The notes beneath the pieces were generated by a model. That model was not told the DNA's origin. It worked only from the letters and a program-made list of their open reading frames with translations, and did no database searches. From the NCBI GenBank assembly GCA_031291395.1, contig JARLJD010000115.1:846-64845 (forward strand): a stretch of 64,000 nt of DNA, written 5' to 3'. The DNA is from Alphaproteobacteria bacterium. Its GTDB lineage: Bacteria; Pseudomonadota; Alphaproteobacteria; UBA9219. This document shows positions 19,173 to 31,500 of the stretch, one piece after another. The position numbers and the translations under genes were made by a program. Position 1 is the stretch's first letter. The number at the start of each line of letters is the position of its first letter.

Positions 19173-20084
19173 ATGCCCAAACCCCACACTTCCTCCCCCG
19201 TTCACGGCTGGCTAGCACTGGACAAGCCTTTAGGGTTGACGTCGACGCAGGCTTTGGGGCGGGCGCGGCGGCTTTTGGGCGGGAAGAAGGCGGGGCATGG
19301 GGGGACGCTGGATCCGCTGGCGACGGGGGTTTTGCCTTTGGCTTTTGGCGAGGCGACCAAAGTGATTCCCTATGTGATGGACGGCGACAAAGAATATGAA
19401 TTCACGCTGCGCTGGGGCGAGGAGCGGGCGACGGGCGATGCCGAGGGCGAGGTGATCGCGACAAGCGACGCAAGGCCGAACGAGGCGCAAATTCTTGCGG
19501 CAATGCCTGAATTTATTGGCACAATTCAGCAAAAGCCTCCGGCTTTTTCGGCGATTAAGGTGCAGGGCGAACGCGCCTATGACCTTGCCCGCGCGGGGGA
19601 AAAAGTCGACTTGGCGGCGCGCGACGTTCGAATCGATAAGTTTGAACTTATTGACATCATTGACAAAGACAGCGCGAAATTTCGCGTTTCCTGCGGCAAG
19701 GGCATGTATGTGCGTTCGCTGGCACGGGATTTGGCGGAAAAACTGGGGGGCTGCGGTTATGTCGGTGCGCTTCGGCGTACGAAAGTCGGGCCTTTCACGA
19801 TCGAAAATGCCGTTTCGATGGATGAATTGGAGCGTTTGAGTGCTGAAAATGCGGCTTTGACCGCTTTATTGCCCATAAAATCGGCGTTGGGAGCCATTCC
19901 TACCCTGATCTTAACCCCAAATGAGGCCAATACCCTGCGTTTAGGCCAGAGAATTTTGATCCGACCCCAACATGGCACGCTTTTTGAGGCGCCTTTGATC
20001 TTCGCTGAATACGATTGTGTGCCGATAGGTTTGATCGAAGCCAAAGCAGGGGAATTCCGCGTTTTGCGGGGGTTTCATTTCTAA
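19173..20084 (+). CDS. truB: tRNA pseudouridine(55) synthase
   Basis: HGWLALDKPLGLTS...GHGGTLDPLATGVLP with the catalytic Asp motif. ~303 aa. Confidence 0.9.
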   Translation: MPKPHTSSPVHGWLALDKPLGLTSTQALGRARRLLGGKKAGHGGTLDPLATGVLPLAFGEATKVIPYVMDGDKEYEFTLRWGEERATGDAEGEVIATSDARPNEAQILAAMPEFIGTIQQKPPAFSAIKVQGERAYDLARAGEKVDLAARDVRIDKFELIDIIDKDSAKFRVSCGKGMYVRSLARDLAEKLGGCGYVGALRRTKVGPFTIENAVSMDELERLSAENAALTALLPIKSALGAIPTLILTPNEANTLRLGQRILIRPQHGTLFEAPLIFAEYDCVPIGLIEAKAGEFRVLRGFHF

Positions 20085-20272
20085 AAACTGTGACTTTTCA
20101 GCATCTTTAGTTTGGCTTCCCTTTTCTCTCAAATCTCGTCATGCAATCGCATACTTTTGCCGGTTATCATTTCAGTTTTCGTAGAAGCGGTTTATGTCGT
20201 TCTGCAGTATAATCGATTTACAACCGATCCTTAATCAGCCCCTCGCCTTATAGGCGAGGGGCTGATTGGTTG

Positions 20273-21448
20273 TTACAGATGCGGGACACCAACTGTACGG
20301 ACTACAAATTTGTTGGATATTGCTCCGGGAGCGTTGTCGGAAAGAAAGGCCTTGCGCTTATTAGATTTTTCATAAGCAGCCATTTTGGCTTTAAGCGCTG
20401 CTTCCCTTACCTCTTTGTTACCTGTCATATACCTAGGCAATAGATCGGCACCAACCACGATAATATCATCTGATACGGGCGCGTGCTTTACATCAAGGCC
20501 TTGGTTCCGATTTTTTCTCAACGCATTGATCAATTCCTGAGGTGACATATACACCGCGTTGCCGAGGCTTTTGCTAAGTTTTTTAGAGCCGTCCGCAAAC
20601 AAAAGCGGAACATGAAGAAAATCCCCCCTGTATTGGTCTATTCCCAACCCAGCTGCTAAATGCTCCATCAACGAAGTTCGATTGGTAGGAAAATGATCAA
20701 TTCCTATGACCCATAGATCGGGTTGTTCAGCCGCTAATCTGGCAGCCTGCAGCATTCGGAATTGCATCGCCCATGAAAGATTTTTAGCCTTTTGACTAAA
20801 ATGATAATTCCCCATGAATTTGTGCCAGCCGTCAATTAATAGGCCCTCTGAGGACTTTTTCAGCGTTGCATCTGTAACGGGGGCGTGGCAGTCGGGGCAT
20901 AAGGGCCAGACAAAACCTTTTTTGCCTTGAATAGGAGTTTGTGTGAAAAACCCAATAACGCGTCCAATGCCTGCAGAATGATGCATTGCGCTAAGAACGG
21001 TTTTTTCAAATTCCGGTGTACCAACGAGTTCGGAGGCGCGACGAAAATCAAGCTTCACGTAAGGGAACCGAGCGCCGATCGTACCGCGAACAACTCCCTC
21101 GATGACGGGTTGCCAAAAGTCGGCAAGACTGCCTTTATGACCATTGGGGGCGGGCATGAATTGGAACGTCGTGCTTCCCGGATACATATTTGCGGCATTG
21201 GCAGATTCACGGGTTCCATCCGCGCCGACATACTTCACAGGTTCAATATCATTAAGCCATATTTGAAGCCTAAATTCTGGCTTTTCACGATTGATGTCTT
21301 CATAGCGCTCACATAGCAGATAGGGGTAGGCTATTACAGCCGCCATGTTGCCCGCATGCAAGCCGTAAGGTCTGATACCAACGCCTATTTTTTCATTTCC
21401 CTTTGCCTCGCTGACCCAATAGGTCAAACCTCCCCATCCGATGTGATT
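20273..21448 (-). CDS. class-I aminoacyl-tRNA-synthetase-like protein (LysRS-I/TrpRS-like catalytic domain, no anticodon-binding domain)
   Basis: HIGH-region variant GIRPYGLHAGN (compare LysRS-I P-S-G-x-x-H-x-G-N and TrpRS GAQPSGELTIGN). KMSKS variant KLSKSLGN. ~391 aa from MNHIGWGG, where LysRS-I is ~520 aa. Low-GC islet. Confidence 0.55.
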   Translation of the reverse strand, partial: NHIGWGGLTYWVSEAKGNEKIGVGIRPYGLHAGNMAAVIAYPYLLCERYEDINREKPEFRLQIWLNDIEPVKYVGADGTRESANAANMYPGSTTFQFMPAPNGHKGSLADFWQPVIEGVVRGTIGARFPYVKLDFRRASELVGTPEFEKTVLSAMHHSAGIGRVIGFFTQTPIQGKKGFVWPLCPDCHAPVTDATLKKSSEGLLIDGWHKFMGNYHFSQKAKNLSWAMQFRMLQAARLAAEQPDLWVIGIDHFPTNRTSLMEHLAAGLGIDQYRGDFLHVPLLFADGSKKLSKSLGNAVYMSPQELINALRKNRNQGLDVKHAPVSDDIIVVGADLLPRYMTGNKEVREAALKAKMAAYEKSNKRKAFLSDNAPGAISNKFVVRTVGVPHL

Positions 21449-21753
21449 CATTTTTACAATCTCTATTTTAAATATTAATCTTTGAAATACCCTATAATTT
21501 AAGGGGCTATTTGCGTCGGTCTTATATCTTGCATTTTTGCAATTTGCCAATTCTTTTTTACTTTCATGGCCGTAAGAGTTTTGTTTGTAAGCTCCTTACA
21601 CATAGCTTTGTGCGATGGTTTGAGGGATAGAAAGATTCCCAAACTTTCCCCTTCCCATCTCCCCTGCTTCCCGCTAAAAAAAACTGCAAGGCGACAGGCT
21701 CGTTTGCGTTCACCGGATGCCTTGCTCCGGAACGTTTTAACCGTCGTGATCCT

Positions 21754-23046
21754 ATGAAAAACGTTGTCGTTGTGGGTGCCCAGTGGGGCGATGAGGGCAA
21801 GGGGAAAATCGTCGATTGGCTGTCGTTTCGCGCGGATATCGTCGTGCGCTTTCAAGGCGGGCATAATGCGGGGCATACGCTTGTTATCGACGGCGTCACC
21901 TATAAACTGAATCTGCTGCCTTCGGGCATCGTGCGCGAGGGCAAGCTGTCGGCCATCGGCAACGGCGTGGTCATCGATCCGTGGCATCTGATTAAAGAGA
22001 TCGACGCGATCCGCGAAAAGGGCGTGCATGTCGCGCCCGACAATCTGGTCATAGCGGAAAACTGCCCGCTTATTCTTCCCGTCCACGGCGCGTTGGACCG
22101 TGCGCGCGAGGCCGCGCGGGGCGACGCCAAAATCGGCACGACGGGGCGTGGCATCGGCCCCGCCTATGAAGACAAAGTCGCGCGCCGCGCTATACGCATG
22201 TGCGATCTGGCCGAGCCGGAGATTTTGCGCGCCAAGCTGGAATTCATGCTGTTGCATCACAACGCCTTGCTGCGCGGCTTTGGGGCGGAGGAATTCGATC
22301 TTGAAAGGCTCTATCAAGAGATTATGATTATCGCCCCCAAAATCCTGCCCTATGTCGGCGTGGTCTGGGAAATTTTGGAAACGGCGCGCAAAGCGGGAAA
22401 ATTGATGTTGTTCGAGGGCGCGCAGGGCGCGATGCTGGACATCGACCACGGCACCTATCCTTTCGTTACCTCCAGCAACACGGTCGCGGCCAACGCGGCG
22501 ACAGGCTCTGGCGTGGGATCGAAAACCGTCGGGCGCATCGTCGGCATTTGCAAAGCCTATACCACGCGCGTGGGCGCTGGCCCCTTCCCGACCGAGGATA
22601 CAAGCGAGGACGGCGAAACGCTGGGTACGCGCGGCAAGGAATTCGGTACCGTCACGGGGCGTCGGCGGCGTTGCGGCTGGCTGGACGCCGTCGCGGTACG
22701 TCAAGCGGTCAAGACAGGCGGCATCGACGGGATCGCGTTGACCAAGCTCGATATTCTCGACGCGTTCAAGGAATTGAAAATCTGCCGCGCCTATAAACTG
22801 GGCGACAAGGTCATCGACTATCTGCCCGCAGGGCAACAGGCGCAAGCCGCGGTCGAGCCGATCTATGACCTCTGCGAAGGCTGGAATTGCAGCACCCGCG
22901 GCCTGCGCAGCTGGGCCGACCTTCCCGCGCAAGCCCTCAAATACATCCGCCGCGTCGAAGAACTGATTGAAGCGCCCGTGATTTTGCTTTCGACCAGCCC
23001 CGAACGCGACGACACGATTTTGATGAAAGACCCGTTCGCGGATTGA
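21754..23046 (+). CDS. purA: adenylosuccinate synthetase
   Basis: 430 aa beginning [21 protein letters not shown], with GHNAGHT: canonical PurA. Confidence 0.95.
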   Translation: MKNVVVVGAQWGDEGKGKIVDWLSFRADIVVRFQGGHNAGHTLVIDGVTYKLNLLPSGIVREGKLSAIGNGVVIDPWHLIKEIDAIREKGVHVAPDNLVIAENCPLILPVHGALDRAREAARGDAKIGTTGRGIGPAYEDKVARRAIRMCDLAEPEILRAKLEFMLLHHNALLRGFGAEEFDLERLYQEIMIIAPKILPYVGVVWEILETARKAGKLMLFEGAQGAMLDIDHGTYPFVTSSNTVAANAATGSGVGSKTVGRIVGICKAYTTRVGAGPFPTEDTSEDGETLGTRGKEFGTVTGRRRRCGWLDAVAVRQAVKTGGIDGIALTKLDILDAFKELKICRAYKLGDKVIDYLPAGQQAQAAVEPIYDLCEGWNCSTRGLRSWADLPAQALKYIRRVEELIEAPVILLSTSPERDDTILMKDPFAD

Positions 23047-23077
23047 CGATTTATCGTCAAATCGACCCTAATTTACG

Positions 23078-23160
23078 CTTTCGTAGGAGCGGGTTCCACC
23101 CGCGACCTCTTGTTATTACGGCAACAGTCGCGGCTGGAAGCCGCTCCTACGAAAAAGCGC
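23078..23160. repeat. Family-2 long-hairpin repeat (copy 2)
   Basis: CGTAGGAGCGGGTTCCACCCGCGAC ... GTCGCGGCTGGAAGCCGCTCCTACGAAAAAGCGC, between convergent purA and typA. Confidence 0.85.
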
Positions 23161-23196
23161 AAGAAGATGTTGAGGAAGTCACAATCTGTCCCCTAC

Positions 23197-25014
<1,818 letters not shown>

Positions 25015-25468
25015 CTTCACTAAAGGGTGTTGGGCGTTAAAACACGACGAACGGCAATCCAAAAGGAAAGCATTTATAAGTCGCTCTTTCGTGCGCAGAG
25101 TTACGGGTTAGAAATGCTTTCGTCAATCTTTATAAATAAAAGGCAACGAATTTTAAATTTACCCTGTTGAAGCCTAACAGCATTTTTAGCGGCTTCTTCA
25201 AGCGGGGTCGGCTTGAAATCAACGGCAGGGAAATTATGTCAGCAGAGCGCTAAAACAAGTAATTTCAAAGTGTTGTTATCGAAACTCCTAAGAAACCAAG
25301 GTGCGGCAAAAATGGCGGGGGCGCCTTGCCTTCTGTGGGGTAGCGACTTTATATGAGATTCCCTTGAAAACAAAAGGCCTCTGCTCCGGCCTCGAAAGTA
25401 TTTCAATGTTTTGAATCCATGGGAAAACCGATTAGAATTGGGAATAAACAGAAAATCGAGCATTACTT

Positions 25469-26440
25469 ATGGGTTCAGTTTCAAAAAAGAAGCCTTGGTT
25501 TCTGAAAAGCGGCTTTCGCTCATCATGGGATATCGCGGCGCGAGAGGCGACGAATTGGCTGATGCCGTACGAAGCCCTTCAAATAGCGAGAATGGCGCAT
25601 GAGATCTGGGAGCAAAACCCGAATTCGCGCGTTTTTTCCTTGGGACAAAGTCCAGCGTGGATTGTTAAAGCCTTGGAAAAAGAGGCGGCACTTAAAAAGT
25701 TAGATTATAAAACGGGATATATCCCATTTTCTGGCAGTTTCTTTCTTCCTGCGGATGTGCTTGAGCAAAATAAGGACTTGTATTGTTATTCATCATGGGA
25801 TGGGCGAACCAACCTTTGCGAAAGAATAAACCGTCATAGGATGGATCCCTATAGAAAAGTTTTAGAAAAAATTGGCATGAGCCCGGAATCAATTATTGAT
25901 CATTTTACGAAAAACAATGCCACGACAACCATTACCGAAATTATGGGTCAATCCGGTGGTGGCGCAGCCTCTTTCCTGTACGTCCTTTTTTCCTGGGCTA
26001 AAGACGACGGCGCCGAGGCATCGCTGCGTGAAGCCGTGAATGTCCGGCTTTATAACAACAGTCAACTCGATTTGCCTTTCAGCCTCAGAATTGAAGGCTT
26101 CGATCCCATCCCATGTAATTTTCATCCGATTGATTCAGATTTGCGGGATACGCTTATGAATTGTCGCGACAATGTCAGGATTGTTCCTTACTATCCCTCG
26201 GAAAAGTGGCTGAAAGAACCGGGATCGCCTGAAGGTGATCCTCGCATTTTGCAAAATACGGAGGAGGTGCTGGGGGAAGCCGTTGTCATTACTAATTTTG
26301 CTCCCAATCTATATGATAAATGGCGAATGTACGGTCGCGCGGCTGTAAAAAAATTTCTGCCCCGCGACGCGCCAAAAGCTGTTTCTTCAAAACGTTCAAC
26401 GCTCGCAAGTGTAATCGGCGAAACCCCGTTCGTACGTTAG
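25469..26440 (+). CDS. hypothetical protein (low-GC orphan)
   Basis: 323 aa; surrounding region 25060-26450 is clearly lower GC. No recognised motif. Confidence 0.45.
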   Translation: MGSVSKKKPWFLKSGFRSSWDIAAREATNWLMPYEALQIARMAHEIWEQNPNSRVFSLGQSPAWIVKALEKEAALKKLDYKTGYIPFSGSFFLPADVLEQNKDLYCYSSWDGRTNLCERINRHRMDPYRKVLEKIGMSPESIIDHFTKNNATTTITEIMGQSGGGAASFLYVLFSWAKDDGAEASLREAVNVRLYNNSQLDLPFSLRIEGFDPIPCNFHPIDSDLRDTLMNCRDNVRIVPYYPSEKWLKEPGSPEGDPRILQNTEEVLGEAVVITNFAPNLYDKWRMYGRAAVKKFLPRDAPKAVSSKRSTLASVIGETPFVR

Positions 26441-26450
26441 GCGTGGTTTC

Positions 26451-28343
26451 TTATTCCGCCCCGCTGGCAAATTGCGTCACCTGTTCTTGCAGCGCCTTCA
26501 TGCGGCGTTCGTTTTCTTCCGTTGGCTGCTCGCGGTACGAGGCGCGGGCGGCGGCATAGTCTGCTTTTATTTTTCCTTGTTCCAACGTTTGCCACATCGC
26601 CAGCCACGCCTTCCGCGCCTCGTCAAGCGCGACTTCGGGGCGGGCGGCTTGGACGTGGAGGTAAGTTTCGGGGGAGAGGATTTCGTCCAGAACCGAAACG
26701 TCACGATCATAATCGAAAACGGATTCCCTTTCGCGCTGCGCCGCGTTTTCGGACAAGGCGCGGCGCAATTCGTCGGCTGTCGGCGCGGTGTCGTGGATTT
26801 GAGATAGATGGTCGATGACGCTTTGGCGCAAGGCTTCGAATTCGGGCGTGCGGATTTCCATTCCGGCGAAGCTTTCGCCGAATTCGTCGAACAAATCGGG
26901 GTGGTTGATCAGAAGGGCAAGCAGGATTTTTTCCATCACGCGCTGCCCGCTTTGCGGCGAGCGGCGGGCTTCGAGAAAGGGCGCAGGCGGGGCGTTTTTC
27001 CAGTTGCCGCCTTGCCTTGGCGTGAAATTCTGCGGCTTCCAGCCGAAGGCGTCGTCGATGCGTTTTTTGAATTCGTTGCGATAAAGCTCGCGTAAGGCTT
27101 CGTCCTTAATCTGGCTGACGCGCCCATTCAGGGCGGTTTTGAATGCGCCGCGTTCTTCGGGCGTGCGCATTTGCCGTCCGGCCAGCGCCAGATTCCACAA
27201 CACGTCGATCATCGGCAACGCTTGTTTCAGCAAAGAGTCGAAGGCCGCTTTGCCCGATTGGCGGATCAATTCGTCGGGGTCTTTGGCGCCCGCCATTGTC
27301 GCGATGCGCAAAGTTTGCGACGAGGTTAAAAGCGGCAAGGCGCGTTCGACCGCGCGCGTGGCGGCGCGCAGACCGGCGGTATCGCCGTCAAAGCACAGGA
27401 TTGGGCTGTAATCGCGCGAGGCGTCGCGCGTATCCGGCGGGGGCAGCCATTTCCACAAAATCTGAATCTGCTCTTCGGTGAGCGCCGTGCCCAAGGGCGC
27501 GACCGCGCCGCTATATCCCGCTTCGACCAGCGCGATCACGTCCATGTAGCCTTCGACGACGATGATCGGCTGGCCCTGCGTCAAAGCGGTTCGGGCGCGG
27601 GACAGACCATAGAGCAATTGGCCTTTGTGAAACAGCGCGTGGTCGGGGGAATTCAGATATTTGGGTTCGCCGTCGCCCAGAATGCGCGCGCCGAAGGCGA
27701 CCGTGCGCCCGCGGCTGTCGCCGACCGGAAACATCACGCGGTTGCGGAAAAAGCTGTAAGAGTCGGGGCGATCCTCGGCTTTTTTGGCGAGGCCGACGGC
27801 GATCAGGTCGTCGAGCGCATAGCCTTCGCCGGTCATTTTGCGCAGCAAAGCTTGCCCGTCGTTCGGCGCATACCCCAAACGGAAACGGCGGATCGCATCG
27901 TCGCCAAGGCCGCGTTTGCGCAAATAGGCCAATGCTTCGCGTCCGCTGGGTGAGAAAAGGTGTTCTTCAAAAAACGCCGTCGCTTTGTCGAGCAGTTGAT
28001 AAAGCTGTTTCTCTTTATCGAATTTCTCGCGCGCGACGGGCGTGTCGCGCGGCACTTGCAGACCCGCTTGCGCGGCGAGGCTTTCGACCGCTTCGGGGAA
28101 GCTTAGGCGGTCGAAGCGCATCGTAAAGCCGATCACGTCGCCGTGCGCGCCGCAGCCGAAACAATGGAAAAACTGCTTGGCGTCGTTGACGTAAAAACTC
28201 GGCGTCTTTTCGTTGTGAAAGGGGCAACAGGCTTTGAATTCCCTCCCCGCGCGGATGATGCGCACCCGTGCGCCGACGATGCCGGATAGAGGCAGCCGGT
28301 TGCGGATTTCTTCGAGGAAGGAGGGAGGGAATGTGGGCATGGG
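26451..28343 (-). CDS. dnaG: DNA primase
   Basis: Zinc-ribbon CPFHNEKTPSF...HCFGCGAHGD and TOPRIM EGYMDVIAL. ~630 aa from MPTFPP. The upstream ORF extension covers a family-3 repeat. Confidence 0.9.
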   Translation of the reverse strand, partial: PMPTFPPSFLEEIRNRLPLSGIVGARVRIIRAGREFKACCPFHNEKTPSFYVNDAKQFFHCFGCGAHGDVIGFTMRFDRLSFPEAVESLAAQAGLQVPRDTPVAREKFDKEKQLYQLLDKATAFFEEHLFSPSGREALAYLRKRGLGDDAIRRFRLGYAPNDGQALLRKMTGEGYALDDLIAVGLAKKAEDRPDSYSFFRNRVMFPVGDSRGRTVAFGARILGDGEPKYLNSPDHALFHKGQLLYGLSRARTALTQGQPIIVVEGYMDVIALVEAGYSGAVAPLGTALTEEQIQILWKWLPPPDTRDASRDYSPILCFDGDTAGLRAATRAVERALPLLTSSQTLRIATMAGAKDPDELIRQSGKAAFDSLLKQALPMIDVLWNLALAGRQMRTPEERGAFKTALNGRVSQIKDEALRELYRNEFKKRIDDAFGWKPQNFTPRQGGNWKNAPPAPFLEARRSPQSGQRVMEKILLALLINHPDLFDEFGESFAGMEIRTPEFEALRQSVIDHLSQIHDTAPTADELRRALSENAAQRERESVFDYDRDVSVLDEILSPETYLHVQAARPEVALDEARKAWLAMWQTLEQGKIKADYAAARASYREQPTEENERRMKALQEQVTQFASGAE

Positions 28344-28417
28344 AGTGCTGATTGTCGAAGTGTTTTTCGTTTGGGGGAATATAGCCTGTTTTTCTGAAAA
28401 GCTGAAAAGAAAGGAAG

Positions 28418-28506
28418 CAAATGGGATTCCGGATAAATTTTGCGCCACAGAATCCTGTTATTAATCTCGTTCTACGGTTTGAGCGCAAAATTTTCCGGAA
28501 TGACGG
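28418..28506. repeat. Family-3 palindromic repeat (copy 1, reverse orientation)
   Basis: AAATGGGATTCCGGATAAATTTTGCGCC...GAGCGCAAAATTTTCCGGAATGACGG. The arms CCGGAAAATTTTGCGC and GCGCAAAATTTATCCGG form a hairpin. Confidence 0.8.
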
Positions 28507-28554
28507 TGGCTTTTGGGGGGGGCTTCGTATGCATCGTCATTTCGGCTCCGTTCT

Positions 28555-31500
28555 TCAGAACGTCACCTCCATCAATCGCGGCGCGTAGGTCCAGAGGAGG
28601 AAACAGCGCACTTTTTTGTCGGGAAAAATACCGCGCAGGAGGAGGCGGTATTCGGCAAGTTGTTGGCGATACGCAGCGGGGATGTCCTCGACGCGGTCGG
28701 GCGGGGGGCGGTTGGTTTTGTAATCGACGATCCAGACTTCATCGCCGCAAAGGCATAATCTGTCGACTTGGCGAAACACGTTCGTTCCGTCCAGACGTCC
28801 CGTCAGCGGCGCTTCGGCGAGGCTGTCCGGCGCGAACAAGGCGGCGAATTTTTCGTCGTTTAGCAAGCGCGAGACTTCGCCTGCGATTTCCTCGCGCTGC
28901 GCTTGCGTCAGATCGTAACGAGGGGGGGCGAGGAAACGAGCGACGGCGTCGCCGCGGCGTTCGGGCGCGATGTCGGGCAGGCTTTGCAGCAAACGGTGGA
29001 TGATGCGGCCGCGCGCGAAAGCGGCGTCGGGCGTCGCCGTTGCCACGTCATGCGAGGGCGCAAAGGAAACGACGGTCTGCGGCTTTTCGACGCTTTGCAA
29101 CGCCCAAGCGGGCAGCGGCGTTTTGGGTTTGATCGGCGGCGGCGTCTGCGGCGGCTGGGCGAGAAAAGCCGCGCTGTTGGCGAAGGCGATTTCCGGCGCG
29201 GGGCCGCTTGCGTCGGCGGGAAGAAAATCCTGATGCAACGGGCGCAAAGCTGCGGCTGCGAGGCCATACCAGCTGGATTCCATCTCGCTCTTGCCGTTTT
29301 GCCAGCCGCACAGATAAAGCCGGTTCGACGCGCGAGTCAGCGCGACATAAAACAGGCGGCGATATTCTTCCAATTGCTTGTCTCGCGCTTCCTGCCACAG
29401 GCGCTTCGCCTCGCCGAATTTCGGCGCGCGGGTTAGGAACAAGGGCGTGTCTTTTTTCCATTGGAATTTCGGCAAATCGGTCGCGCGCGGCACGGCCGTC
29501 GTGTCGGGCAGGAAGACGATCGGCGCTTCGAGGCCTTTGGAGGCGTGCACCGTCATGATGCGCACTTGGCCGCCTTCTTGCTGATCCCCCTGATCGAGTT
29601 CGCGTTTGATCTCGGCGTCCGATTGCGTCAGCCAGCGCAGGAAATTTTGCAGGGACGGGGAATGATTGCTGCTGAAATTTTGCGCCGCGTTAAGCAGTTC
29701 TTCGATGGGATCAAGACATTCGTCGCCGAGCCGCATCCACAACGCTTTACGTCCGCTGTCGGCATTGGCGGGACAGGGCGCGTTCAGAATGTGCGAGAGG
29801 AAAGCGAAGGGAGGGGAGAAATCGGCTTCGTTGAGTTTGGCGGCGAGGTAGGCGTGAGTGGCGGCGAATGTGGGATCGTCATTTTGTAAGAGACTCCCCC
29901 TCCCCTTGAGGGAGGGGGTAGGGGGTGGGGGCGTTCCACAAGAGCAAGCGTTTAAAATAATAAACGCCGATCCCGGTCGTTCCCCCCCACCCCCTACCCC
30001 CTCCCTCAAGGGGAGGGGGAGTTTCTCTTTTGGGGCTTTATCTTTTATGCTTTGCCATAGAGAGCCTGTGCGGCCTATCGCCAGTTCCATCAACTGCTCT
30101 TCGCTGAGGCCGATCAGGGGGCTGCGCAGGAGGGCGGCGAGGTTGAGGTCGTCTTCGGGGAGCAGGACAAAACGCAGCATCGCCAGCAAATCCATCACCG
30201 GCAATTGGCGGATCAGGCGCATGCGGTCGACGCCGGTGACAGGCACGGCGCAAGCTTTCAACGCGCGCACCATAAGATCGGCGAAACGCCCGCGCCGACG
30301 AAGCAAAATCATGATGTCGCCGGGCGCGATCGGGCGGGATGCGCCCGGCAACGTTTCATGCCGCGTCAGCCAGAATTTTATTTTGCCCGCGATTTGTTGC
30401 GCCAGTTCCGCTTGCGGGTCGCGTTCGTCTTCATAGCCGGTCGGCATTTCCCATTCGCTGCCGCTTTGCGCTTTGTCGGCGTCAGGCTCCAGCAAGGGCC
30501 AGAGTTCGACGCGGCCGATTTTTTCGCTTCCGTCCTTGTTGGGCGCGGCGTTGTGCGTGACCAATTCTTGCGACACGCCCGCGCGCGCGGCATCAAGGGC
30601 GAAGATCGTATCGACGGCGGTCAAAATGGCGGGCGCGGAGCGGAAGGAGGTGTGCAGGCCGATTTTCTCTAGCTTGCCTCCGGCTTCGGTCAGGCGGCGC
30701 GAGAAATCCTCGCGCAGGGAAAGAAAGGCTTCGGGATCGGCGTTTTGGAAACTGAAGATCGATTGTTTTTCGTCGCCGACGACGAACAAAGTGCGGCCAC
30801 GGTTTTCTTGCGCGAAAAATTCTTGCGTCAATGCTTGCACGATGTTCCATTGCGCGCGGCTGGTGTCCTGCGCTTCGTCCACCAGAATGTGGTCGATGCC
30901 GCGGTCGAGCTTGTACAGGATCCACGGCGCGATGCCTTGACGGCGCAGAAGATTTTGCGTGAATAAGATCAGGTCGTCGTAATCCACGGCGGCTCTTGCC
31001 GCTTTTCGCGCTTCAATTCGCGCGGCAAATGCGCTTCCGACGATCAGAACGCTGGCTGTTATGTCGGCGATTTCCGCCGCTTCGATGCGTTCCAAAACCG
31101 ATTGCAGGCGCGAGGCTTCGCGCGAACAAATGTCGTCGACGTCGGGATGCTGCTTGCGAATGTCGTTGCTGGCAACGAAGGATTTTGAAAACGGCTCGCG
31201 CTCTTTCGTCAGGAACAAGCTTAAATAATCGTCGAACCGCGCGGCGCGTTCCGGCATCGGGGTTTTCAGAAAATCCGCCAGCGCCGCGCCGCGCGTTTGA
31301 TAGCGCGAACTGCCTTTCAGGAGCCACGCGGCAAGCTGCCGCAAAATGTCTTCCGGCGCGTTTTGGATCGCGGCGAAGCGCAGGCGTTCCGGCGTCTCGC
31401 CTTGTTCCAGTTGCAGCAGGCCGCGCATTTTTGCGATTGTTTTTTCCTGCGCTTCGGCAAGCCGCGCGCGGGCGTGCATCACTTCCTGCAACATGTCGGC

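Noticed and set aside
20232-20266. Perfect hairpin AATCAGCCCCTCGCC-ttata-GGCGAGGGGCTGATT downstream of the aaRS-like gene
   Set aside because: It is plausibly a terminator but lacks a clear U-run on either strand. It was left out of the confident features.
21499-22932. 477-aa ORF antisense to purA, and similar long antisense ORFs such as 12671-13774 and 12487-13887 opposite hppA, 2339-3004 and 31013-31915
   Set aside because: They have typical high-GC antisense reading frames with Arg/Ala/Gly-rich, low-complexity translations. They fully overlap well-supported conserved genes and have no motifs.
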